Assembly: GCA_036555515.1 (NCBI GenBank)
Contig: DATBLC010000344.1
Coordinates: forward strand, 14,958-78,957
Direction of reading: 5' to 3'
Length of the DNA stretch: 64,000 bases
From: Candidatus Binatia bacterium
GTDB taxonomy: Bacteria; Desulfobacterota; Binatia; UBA9968
Shown here: positions 55,139 to 63,256 of the stretch, piece after piece
Layout: each line of letters starts with the position of its first letter
How positions within the stretch are numbered: position 1 is the first letter of the stretch
Translations under genes and position numbers: made by a program
Notes under the pieces: generated by a model
Database searches by the model: none
What the model saw: the letters and a program-made list of their open reading frames with translations, nothing else
Told to the model about the DNA's origin: nothing

Positions 55139-56164
55139 ATGATCATCGATTTTCAAGCGCATGTATTTCCACCCGACTATCTTGCCGAAATGAAACGTCT
55201 CGACGGGGCGGTCATTCTCGAAGAGCCCGATCCTGACAGCGGCATGAGCTACTTTTACGATAAAAAGCTCAAATGCCGGATCAATACGGCGACCTTTCAG
55301 GGGCAAAATATCGAGCGCCGGCTCGAGCACATGGACGAGTTAGGAATTGACGTCCATGTGCTGACCATTCCGGCGCCGGGCGCGGACCGCTACGAGGGGG
55401 ATGGCGCGATCAAAATGGCGCGCGTCGCCAACGATGCGATTGCCGCCATTTGTAAAAAATATCCCGAGCGGTTTATTGGCTTTTTCACGCTGCCGACTTG
55501 CTCCATCGAAGCTTCGCTGGATGAGCTGGAGCGGTCGATTAACGATCTGGGGCTCAAGGGTTTCGGGTGTTTTGCCAATCTAAATGGTCAGGCATTGGAT
55601 CGCGAAGAGTTGTTTCCGCTCTACGAGCGATTGGCAAAATACAAACTGCCGGTTTACATCCATCCCACCGCCCCGCTCGCCACGGAGGCGGTCGGTATAG
55701 ACATCATGCCGACGCTGATTTTCGGCTGGGCATTCGACTGTACGGTGGCGATGACCCGTTTGGTGTACGGCAGAGTGTTGGAGAGATTTCCGGAAATCAA
55801 TTTCGTTGTCGCCGATGTCGGTGGCGTGCTGGCCTTCTTTGCGCAGCGCGCGATCAACATCTACACGGGTCGGACCGACGAAATTCGCCATAGGTACGGC
55901 CTGAACGAAAATCCTCTGGATTCCTTCCGGCGTTTTTACGTGGATAGCGCGGATCACCCGGCTTCGACGCTGCGCTGCGTGAAAGACTTCTTCGGCGTTG
56001 ACCGAATGGTGCTGGGGACGAATTATCCCTACGGCCCGGAAGAGGGCCGGCTGCTGGTAAGAAACAGCCTCAAGGCCATCGCCGGCCTCGAACTGAGCGC
56101 AGCTGAGAAAGAAAAAATTCTCGGCGGCAACGCCGCCAGGATTCTCGGAATAGGAGCGATATGA
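55139..56164 (+). CDS. Amidohydrolase_2 family protein, second copy
   Basis: MIIDFQAHVFP start, YIHP, LGTNYPY motifs. The upstream TTG (55112) lies inside the repeat. Confidence 0.82.
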   Translation: MIIDFQAHVFPPDYLAEMKRLDGAVILEEPDPDSGMSYFYDKKLKCRINTATFQGQNIERRLEHMDELGIDVHVLTIPAPGADRYEGDGAIKMARVANDAIAAICKKYPERFIGFFTLPTCSIEASLDELERSINDLGLKGFGCFANLNGQALDREELFPLYERLAKYKLPVYIHPTAPLATEAVGIDIMPTLIFGWAFDCTVAMTRLVYGRVLERFPEINFVVADVGGVLAFFAQRAINIYTGRTDEIRHRYGLNENPLDSFRRFYVDSADHPASTLRCVKDFFGVDRMVLGTNYPYGPEEGRLLVRNSLKAIAGLELSAAEKEKILGGNAARILGIGAI

Positions 56165-57762
56165 AATTTTCAAAAGCAGCGCGCCCGCTGATCATGGGGC
56201 AAAACGGCGTGGTTTCTTCGGGCCATGCGCTGGCATCGCTGGCGGGCGTAAGAGTTTTGCATGAAGGCGGCAACGCCGTCGATGCGGCCCTCGCCGCGGC
56301 ATTTGTCATGTCCGTCGTGAAGCCTGAAGCCAGCGGGCCCGGCGGCGATCTGTTTGCGCTGGTGTACATGAAAAAAACAGGCAAGGTGGAGGCGCTTAAT
56401 TCCAGCGGTCCGGCGCCGGCAAAGGCGACGATTGATTATTTCCGCGATCATGGGCTGAAGAGCATTCCGCAGTTTGGGCCGCTCAGCATCGCAGTCCCCG
56501 GCGCTGTCGACGGCTGGCTCGAACTGCATAAGAAATACGCAACGAAAGAATTAGGTCGCCTCATGGTAGACGCCATCGGCATCGCCAGAGCGGGGTTTCC
56601 GGTTTCGCAAGACTTCGCCGAAAGCATCTCAGAGTTCAGCCCGGATTTCCCCTGGGTGGACCGCTGTTACCGCCAGCCGCTGGGCACGCCTAAGCCGGGT
56701 AAGATCCTCGCGCAAAAGGGGCTGAGCGACGTGCTGGAAAAAATCGCCCGCTACGGGCGGGATGGTCTATACACCGGCGAAGTCGCTGAGAAAATCTGCG
56801 CGACGATCAAAGCTGAAGGAGGAATCCTCAGCGCAGAGGACTTGCAGGCGCCGGTGGCGCATTGGGGCGATCCTTTGAGCACAACCTATCGCGATACAAT
56901 GGTTTACGAACAGCCGCCGGTGTCGCAGGGTTTTATGGTGCTCGAGATGCTCAACATCGCCGAGGCCTGGCCTTTTCACGAGGGCAAGATGAGCCGGGCC
57001 GATATGATCCATTATCAGGTTGCGGCGAAGAAACTCGCCTTTGAGGACCGCATCCGTTACCTGGAAGATCCGAAGTTCGGCGATCCGAAAATTCACATGC
57101 TGATTTCCAAAGAATATGCCGCCAAGCGCCGCCAGCTGGTCGATGAAATCCTCGCGCGGTCGCAAACGGCGGCAGTCAACCAGAGTAGCGATACGACCTA
57201 TTTATGTGCCACCGACCGCGACGGCAACGCGATCTCATTCATTCAAAGCGTTTTCGCGCCCTTCGGCTCACGGGTGATCGCCGGCGACACGGGCGTGATC
57301 ATGAACAACCGCCTGTGCAGTTTCGGCTTGGATCCCGCCAAAGCGAACTCGCTCAAGCCGGGCAAACGTCCGGCGCACACGCTCAACACTTACATGGTCC
57401 TCAAGGGCGATGACGTCTTCGCCGTGGGCGGCAGTCCCGGCGCCGATGAACAGCCGCAAACCAATTTTCAGCTTATTCACGCTCTGGTGGACTTGGAGAT
57501 GGATCCTCAGAGCGCCGTGGAGGCGCCGCGCTGGAGCCATCAGCCCGGCACGCCGCCGCGCGACCAGCTCCCCGAGGCGCTGCGCATGGAGGAGGGCTAT
57601 GATCCGGCAACCCTCGACAACTTGCGCAAGAAAGGCCATAAGATTTCGCTCGTCGACCGTTGGTCCTTCGGTAGCGCGAAGGTTATCGTCAGGGACCGTG
57701 AGAATAGCTGTTGGCTTGGCGGAGCCGATCCGCGCCGCGTGGGCTACGCGCTGGGCTATTAA
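56161..57762 (+). CDS. ggt: Gamma-glutamyltransferase
   Basis: 533 aa. Autoprocessing site ...SDTTYLCATD (Thr nucleophile) and the GGSPGAD/GGADPRR tail. Confidence 0.88.
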   Translation: MKFSKAARPLIMGQNGVVSSGHALASLAGVRVLHEGGNAVDAALAAAFVMSVVKPEASGPGGDLFALVYMKKTGKVEALNSSGPAPAKATIDYFRDHGLKSIPQFGPLSIAVPGAVDGWLELHKKYATKELGRLMVDAIGIARAGFPVSQDFAESISEFSPDFPWVDRCYRQPLGTPKPGKILAQKGLSDVLEKIARYGRDGLYTGEVAEKICATIKAEGGILSAEDLQAPVAHWGDPLSTTYRDTMVYEQPPVSQGFMVLEMLNIAEAWPFHEGKMSRADMIHYQVAAKKLAFEDRIRYLEDPKFGDPKIHMLISKEYAAKRRQLVDEILARSQTAAVNQSSDTTYLCATDRDGNAISFIQSVFAPFGSRVIAGDTGVIMNNRLCSFGLDPAKANSLKPGKRPAHTLNTYMVLKGDDVFAVGGSPGADEQPQTNFQLIHALVDLEMDPQSAVEAPRWSHQPGTPPRDQLPEALRMEEGYDPATLDNLRKKGHKISLVDRWSFGSAKVIVRDRENSCWLGGADPRRVGYALGY

Positions 57763-57775
57763 CGACGGGTCTGCT

Positions 57776-57889
57776 GTTCAATGTTCAACGTTCAAGGTTC
57801 GATGTCGCGCCTTCGGCGCGGTTCAAAGTTCCGGGTTCAAAGTTCAAAGTGGGTAGAAACGTTGAACGTGGAACTTTGATCATTGAACC
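57776..57889. repeat. Largest GTTCAA-array element (7 forward GTTCAA-like units, then 3 TTGAAC units)
   Basis: GTTCAATGTTCAACGTTCAAGGTTCGATGTCGCGCCTTCGGCGCGGTTCAAAGTTCCGGGTTCAAAGTTCAAAG...GTTGAACGTGGAACTTTGATCATTGAACC. Confidence 0.75.
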
Positions 57890-57917
57890 GCGCAGTGCGC
57901 ATATCGACGGAGGCCAA

Positions 57918-58754
57918 TTGGAAAAAATCGGCATGATCGGCACCGGCGCCATGGGCTTGGCGCTGTTGGAGCGCCTTAAGCTAAACGGCGTGTATGTAGT
58001 TTGCTATGACTCTCACGGGCCGTCGTTGGAACAGGCTCGCGCGTTGGGTATGTCTACCGCCGGCTGCTCGGCAGAGGTGGCCAAACAATCGACGCTCATC
58101 GACGTCGTCGTGCGCACCGATCAGGATATGCTCGATTGTGTGCTTGGACCGGATGGAATCTTGGCGTCGGCGCAGCCCGGGACACTGCTGTTGCTCCACA
58201 GTTCGATCTTGCCGCAGACGGTGCATAGGGTTGAGGACGCGGCGCGCGCCAAAGGCGTCTCTGTCATTGACGCCTGTATGACCGGCGTTCCCGACACCGT
58301 GCGCGCCGGCGAGCTTAGCTTCGTCGTGGGCGGTCCCGATGAACTGGTGGAGCGGGCAACGCCCCATCTTCTCAAGATGAGTAAGGAAGTGTTTCATATG
58401 GGACCGGTGGGCACCGGCGCCGTCGGCAAATTGATTAAGAATATGCTCGGCGGCGCCGAAACATTGATCGTTCATGAAGCGATTCAAATCGGCCTTGCCG
58501 GCGGGATTCCCTATCCGAAAGCGCTGGAGATGATGCGGCGCATAGGTCATGACAGCGTGCTCAACCGTTGGCAGCGCACCTTCGACGCCTCGGGAAACGA
58601 TCCATTGCCACGGTCGGGCCGAAACGTTTTGAACAAAGACATTCCGCTCGTCGCTGAGTTGGCGCGGCTTTATAAGCTCGACGTTCCCATCACGCAACAG
58701 TTGGGGGCTGCTGCCCAACGAGTCGTCGAAGCCAACGAGAAAAGAAAAAAGTAA
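57918..58754 (+). CDS. NAD(P)-dependent 3-hydroxyisobutyrate/6-phosphogluconate-dehydrogenase-like oxidoreductase
   Basis: KIGMIGTGAMG Rossmann motif. TTG at 57918 follows GGAGG (ATG 57933 is the alternative). HIBADH-type C-terminal domain. Confidence 0.8.
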   Translation: MEKIGMIGTGAMGLALLERLKLNGVYVVCYDSHGPSLEQARALGMSTAGCSAEVAKQSTLIDVVVRTDQDMLDCVLGPDGILASAQPGTLLLLHSSILPQTVHRVEDAARAKGVSVIDACMTGVPDTVRAGELSFVVGGPDELVERATPHLLKMSKEVFHMGPVGTGAVGKLIKNMLGGAETLIVHEAIQIGLAGGIPYPKALEMMRRIGHDSVLNRWQRTFDASGNDPLPRSGRNVLNKDIPLVAELARLYKLDVPITQQLGAAAQRVVEANEKRKK

Positions 58755-58877
58755 ACCGGCTGTTGGAAAATCGGGAATTAGAAAAATGGAATATTGGAAA
58801 ATTGGATCGTTGGGCCTTCAATTCATCGTTCTATCGCTCCACTCTCCACTCACCGTTAGAGAGGAAATACCGCAGTC

Positions 58878-59930
58878 GTGAAATATAGTCTCTTTACCGA
58901 AATTCAATGCCCGGAGGGTTCGTCGCCGACGGCGCGTCTCGCAGAGTTCATGGAGCAAGCCGAGCTCGCCGACCGGTTAGGGTTCAGCACTTATTGGGTC
59001 GCCGAGATTCATTGCCAGCCGAAATTTTCGCTGCTCACTGCTCCCTATGTGGTCCTGGGCGCCGTGGCCCAGCGGACGCGTCGCCTCCGTCTCGGCGTCG
59101 CCGTTAATACTTTGCCGGTCCATCATCCCGTGAGTCTGGCGGAACAGGCGGCCATGCTCGATCTGGTGAGCGGGGGACGCATGGATTTCGCCGCCGGCGG
59201 CGGTCATCCGCACAGCCGCGCCTACGAGTGCTTCGGCGCCGATCACCGATCGACCCATGAGATCATGGCGGAAGGACTCGACATCATTCGCAAGGCGTGG
59301 ACCGAGGAGAGGCTGGCCTATGACGGCAAGTTCTTTCAAATACCGGAAGTCGTAGTTAATCCCAAGCCGGTGCAACAGCCGCCGCCGCCATTTTACATGG
59401 CGACGAGCTCCATTGACGGCGTGGAAGTAGCGGCGCGCCTGGGCGTCAATCTTTTTCTGCCCATCCATACGCGGACGCCGGAACAGGTCGTCGAGTATGC
59501 TGCGGCCTATTGGCTCGGGCTCGCGAGCCACAACCATCAGCGCCAGGGCAAGGAGCTTGGCCTGCTGGTGCCGCTGCATCTCGCCAAGACTACGGCCGAG
59601 GCGCGCGCCCGCGCCGAGGCGGGCATTATGAGCTACTTTAAGACAATCTTAGATATGCGCATCGACTATACGGATTGGCTTAATCGGCGCGGTGTGGAAT
59701 TGCCGACGCGTTTGCGCACGGCGGCGGGGGCGGTGGTGTCCTACGATGCCGTTTGTGAACGCCACGCCGTGGTGGGAGACTCGGCGTTGGCCGTGCAAGC
59801 GCTGCGGCGGCTTCAGGAAACAACCGAGGCGTCGCATTTTTTGGTCTGGATGAACATCGGCAGCATACCCCACGCGTTGGTCAGAGAGTCTATGGAACAA
59901 TTCGCGGCCGAAGTCATGCCAAAGTTATGA
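58878..59930 (+). CDS. Luciferase-like (LLM class) flavin/F420-dependent oxidoreductase
   Basis: GTG start after GAGAGGA. GFSTYWVAEIH, LGVAVNTLPVHHPV and SGGRMDF motifs. Confidence 0.83.
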   Translation: MKYSLFTEIQCPEGSSPTARLAEFMEQAELADRLGFSTYWVAEIHCQPKFSLLTAPYVVLGAVAQRTRRLRLGVAVNTLPVHHPVSLAEQAAMLDLVSGGRMDFAAGGGHPHSRAYECFGADHRSTHEIMAEGLDIIRKAWTEERLAYDGKFFQIPEVVVNPKPVQQPPPPFYMATSSIDGVEVAARLGVNLFLPIHTRTPEQVVEYAAAYWLGLASHNHQRQGKELGLLVPLHLAKTTAEARARAEAGIMSYFKTILDMRIDYTDWLNRRGVELPTRLRTAAGAVVSYDAVCERHAVVGDSALAVQALRRLQETTEASHFLVWMNIGSIPHALVRESMEQFAAEVMPKL

Positions 59931-59979
59931 GAGTAGAGATTTAGCCACAAATAGCACATAGAATACTGCGTGCAGCCGG

Positions 59980-60035
59980 GTCAAAGTAGTTCAAGCCGTC
60001 CGAGCGAAATGGGTTGGTTGAACAGCTTGAACGTA
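59980..60035. repeat. GTTCAA/TTGAAC units abutting element copy C
   Basis: GTCAAAGTAGTTCAAGCCGTCCGAGCGAAATGGGTTGGTTGAACAGCTTGAACGTA. Confidence 0.5.
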
Positions 60036-60279
60036 TTGAACCCGGATTCCGCGGTTCCGCTCAGTGGGAAGCGCGAGGCGGAACCCTCCGTAGCAAAGTC
60101 GATGGGTCTCTGCCTTTGAGCAGACATCGATCAGCGGTGCTTGGATGGAACGTTAAAGCTCGTAACAACGAAGTGCGAAAGCGCAAAGTGACTTTTAAAT
60201 TTTGCAGTTGGACGCCTTCGCTACTCCAGGGTTCCACCTCGCTTCCGGGATCCAGTTTAACTGCGGAATTCGGGTTGAA
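60036..60279 (+). mobile_element. MITE-like ~245-bp element, copy C
   Basis: TTGAACCCGGATTCCGCGGTT ... TAACTGCGGAATTCGGGTTGAA. Aligns with copy A and with the reverse complement of copy B. Ends 43 nt before the PCD start. Confidence 0.7.
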
Positions 60280-60321
60280 CGATTTGAACGTTTGGAACGT
60301 ACCCGAAGGGAGCAATATTTT

Positions 60322-60669
60322 ATGGAAGAACTCACTGAAGAGAAATGCGTAGCCTGCCGTGTCGGCGCGCCGTCGGTGACGCCGGAGGAGATGAAATCAC
60401 TCAAGCCCCAGGTGCCCGACTGGCAAATTATCACTGAGGATGCCATTCCGAAGCTCGAGCGGATATTCAAGTTTAAGAATTTTAAAGACGCCATCGCCTT
60501 CACCGACGCCGTTGGCGCCGCGGCGGAAGATGAAGGGCATCATCCTCGTCTCACCACCGAATGGGGCCGGGTCGCCGTCACGTGGTGGACGCACAAGATC
60601 CGAAACCTACACAAAAACGATTTCATCATGGCGGCGAAGACCGACGCGATCTATAAAACCCGTTTTTGA
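60322..60669 (+). CDS. phhB: Pterin-4-alpha-carbinolamine dehydratase
   Basis: 115 aa from ATG 60322 (RBS GAAGGGAG). EGHHP catalytic motif (AAEDEGHHPRL). Confidence 0.85.
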   Translation: MEELTEEKCVACRVGAPSVTPEEMKSLKPQVPDWQIITEDAIPKLERIFKFKNFKDAIAFTDAVGAAAEDEGHHPRLTTEWGRVAVTWWTHKIRNLHKNDFIMAAKTDAIYKTRF

Positions 60670-60765
60670 ATCTTGAGATTCGGGTCTGATTTCGTGAAGA
60701 GCGCCTAGGGTTCGCTCGCGCGAATTTCGCGCGGCACGTCGTCCCACATTTGAACTCGCTGGCAT

Positions 60766-62214
60766 TCATGCCAGCTCTTTTTTCCACTTCTCTGCCGTTT
60801 TCTTTTTCAGCTCCGGGCTGAGCGCGTTGACCGGCGGAAAGCGGTCGCGCCAGGCATAGGGCCGGCAGGCGTTAAGAATTGCGCGGCTGTTAACGAAATT
60901 GCCGGCGTTGCGCTGGTCGGGGTGCATGGCCGGGTCGAGGGGCGTGCTCCAGCAGCCGTCGATTATGCTGATGGCGGTTTTAGGATCGCAGCGCGTGGAA
61001 ATTGCCCAGATGACGTCTTTCATGTCGGACGGATCGATGTCGTCGTCGACCACGATGACGAACCGGCCATGATAATTGCCGGCGCGCGATCCCAGCGCGG
61101 CGATGCCGGCTTGCTGCGCGTGGCCGTGATAGCGCTGCTTGAGCGATATGATAATGAACGGGGCGCCGCCGCCGGCGGCCGAGCTGCCGATGGAGCACCA
61201 GACGCCCTTGATGTCCGGAACATCGGCTTTTTCCAGATAGTTCCAAATGGCCGCGGCGCCAATGGGCACGCCGAAGGTGACGAAGGGCGGTTTTAACGGC
61301 GGCGCCCCGCACAAAATCGGATCGTTACGATAATAGAGCTTCTTGACGCGAATCACCGGCTCCTTGGCTGCGCCATGGGCGTAATATCCCGGCCACTCGC
61401 CGAAGGGGCCTTCCATCTGCTGTTGTTCCGCCGGCGGCGGCACTTCTCCTTCGATGGCAATCTCCGCCGTCGCCGGAATCGGCAAGCCGGTGAGTTCGCC
61501 GCGTATAACGTCGATGGGCGCGCCGCGCAGGCCGCCGCAATAATCGAACTCGGACATGCCGTAAGGCACCGACTGTCCCGCCACCAGGAAGAGCAATGGC
61601 TCCTGGCCGAAGGTGACGACCACGGGACAGCTCAGCCCTTTGTCCCAATATTTCTCGCGCATGATGCGCGCATGATGTCCCGGCGAGACGTAGAGGCCGA
61701 GGGTATTTTTGTCGTGAACCTGGACGCGGTAGATGCCTATGTTCACCCAGCCGCCTTCTTCCGGCTCGCGGGTGACGACGCAGTCAGCGGTGCCGATATA
61801 GCGGCCGCCATCCAACTCGTGCCAGTGCGGCGTCGGAAAGATGGTCATGTCGACATCGTCGCCGCTCTTGACGTTTTCCAGAATCGGACCGCTGGAAACG
61901 ACCCGCGGCGGAATCGGCTTGACGCCCTTGAGAAGCGTTTTCCAAAGCGCGATCAGCTCGATGGGTCTCGCACCCGTGGGCATGCCAACGGTCAGTCCAG
62001 AGCGGGCGGGAGTGTTGATCAAATTCGACGCGACCCTAAAGTTCGCCGGATAACCGGGAATTTGATCGAATAGCACCAGCGGTGATGGCTCCTTGAAAGC
62101 AAACATCTCAGTCAGCGCGCCGATTTCCAGGTTCCAGTCCGCGCCGTGAATTTCCTTTACCTGGCCGATATCGCGCGCGGCGCCAATAAACTCGCGTAAG
62201 TCGTTAAATGGCAT
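60766..62214 (-). CDS. UbiD-family (prFMN-dependent) decarboxylase
   Basis: 482 aa. MPFNDLREFI start and UbiD-like core (GGRYIGT, YRVQV, SEFDYCGGLRG). Confidence 0.88.
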   Translation of the reverse strand: MPFNDLREFIGAARDIGQVKEIHGADWNLEIGALTEMFAFKEPSPLVLFDQIPGYPANFRVASNLINTPARSGLTVGMPTGARPIELIALWKTLLKGVKPIPPRVVSSGPILENVKSGDDVDMTIFPTPHWHELDGGRYIGTADCVVTREPEEGGWVNIGIYRVQVHDKNTLGLYVSPGHHARIMREKYWDKGLSCPVVVTFGQEPLLFLVAGQSVPYGMSEFDYCGGLRGAPIDVIRGELTGLPIPATAEIAIEGEVPPPAEQQQMEGPFGEWPGYYAHGAAKEPVIRVKKLYYRNDPILCGAPPLKPPFVTFGVPIGAAAIWNYLEKADVPDIKGVWCSIGSSAAGGGAPFIIISLKQRYHGHAQQAGIAALGSRAGNYHGRFVIVVDDDIDPSDMKDVIWAISTRCDPKTAISIIDGCWSTPLDPAMHPDQRNAGNFVNSRAILNACRPYAWRDRFPPVNALSPELKKKTAEKWKKELA

Positions 62215-62254
62215 GATGCTCCGATTTTTTAACCACAGCGAGCATAAAGACTAC

Positions 62255-62347
62255 GTTCAAAAAGTTCAAACCGTTCAAGTTGTTCAAAACGATCGCCCGG
62301 ATTGCCGACGGTTTGACCGATTTGAGCGGCTTGAACGACTTGAACCC
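62255..62347. repeat. GTTCAA-array hairpin element with a CCCGGATTGCCGACGG loop
   Basis: GTTCAAAAAGTTCAAACCGTTCAAGTTGTTCAAAACGATCGCCCGGATTGCCGACGGTTTGACCGATTTGAGCGGCTTGAACGACTTGAACCC. Confidence 0.75.
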
Positions 62348-62423
62348 GAAGCAACAGTAGACTGTGTTCTTTGTGGCTAATTGTCTCGATTCCGTTTTTT
62401 GTGTCCTCGTAGTCAATGGCTCG

Positions 62424-63248
62424 CTAGTTCTGGAAGTGCCCCAGTTCCTTCGAATGCCTATATATGCCGTCATGGAACATCGCCACGCAGTCGGCGTTGA
62501 TCAGACAGCAGTACTCCGGACCCCAGCCAGGCCGGTGCCAGGTATTGCCGTCTTGCAGCAGGCGCTCGAACACTCTGCGCGCCACCTCGCCATGGGCCAT
62601 CAGGCCGTCCAAATGCTCGTGCAGATCGGCTTCTTCGTGCACCGCGAAGTAATGCAGATCGGCTTCCCGAATTTTGTATTTATTGAGCAACGCTTCGCGC
62701 CAGCGCTTGGCCCAGTGGCCGAACATTTCCTCATTTAACGAGCGCGCCCACCATTCGATCATGCTGCCTTCGTAAACCAGTCCACGGGCGAATTCGGTCA
62801 GCGCACGGCATTCGGCATACACTTCGCAGTTGATCATCTCATCCAGCGATACGCCAAAGGCCTCTCCCTGCTTGACGAGCACCTGGATATGCCCCGGTAT
62901 GCTCGGATTGACCAGCTCGTCGCTGATCTTGCCGACATAGGGTGCGAGCAGGTCGCGGTGGCGCGCGAAGATTCCCTGATGGCGCTGGTAGATGATCAAG
63001 TGGAAATTATTCACTTCTACCGGATAGCTGTACCAGTTGCGCCAGAATAATTTAATAGTCTCGAAAGGGAGCCTGCCGGCTTCGAGATCGCGCATGAACG
63101 CGCCGCCGAAAATCTTCTCATTCCAGCGCGCGTACATGCGGTGCTTGATCTCGTCGGTAAAAGCTTTCGCGTCGGTAGGCGACAGCTTTCTGCCGATTTC
63201 GAGAGTTAACGGTTTGTTGGCGCTAGTCATAACGGCATTCACAAACAT
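62424..63248 (-). CDS. Heme-oxygenase-like fold protein (TenA/PqqC/CADD-type), paralog 2
   Basis: 274 aa, homologous to 20220-21014 and sharing the YF.VHEEAD.H motif. Starts 6 nt after the aldolase-like stop. Confidence 0.65.
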   Translation of the reverse strand: MFVNAVMTSANKPLTLEIGRKLSPTDAKAFTDEIKHRMYARWNEKIFGGAFMRDLEAGRLPFETIKLFWRNWYSYPVEVNNFHLIIYQRHQGIFARHRDLLAPYVGKISDELVNPSIPGHIQVLVKQGEAFGVSLDEMINCEVYAECRALTEFARGLVYEGSMIEWWARSLNEEMFGHWAKRWREALLNKYKIREADLHYFAVHEEADLHEHLDGLMAHGEVARRVFERLLQDGNTWHRPGWGPEYCCLINADCVAMFHDGIYRHSKELGHFQN

Positions 63249-63256
63249 TCAGCCTG

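Noticed and set aside
57776-57889. Tandem GTTCAA units as a possible CRISPR array.
   Set aside because: Units are 7-9 bp, with no unique spacers, no 25-40-bp repeats and no cas genes. The architecture is inverted, not direct.
57711-57917. 69-aa N-terminal extension of the dehydrogenase (..FNVQRSRFDVAPSARFKVPGSKFKV..).
   Set aside because: It is encoded by the GTTCAA-array repeat and overlaps the ggt 3' end. The Rossmann motif KIGMIGTGAMG should be N-terminal, and a GGAGG-TTG start at 57918 fits.
60014-60352. ORFs inside the 245-bp elements (60014-60352 +, 8631-8942 -) share LGWNVKAR...SLPGSS peptides and might encode a small protein.
   Set aside because: Copies differ by 7- and 8-nt frame-breaking indels, and copy A has stops in the corresponding frame. 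The similarity is nucleotide-level.
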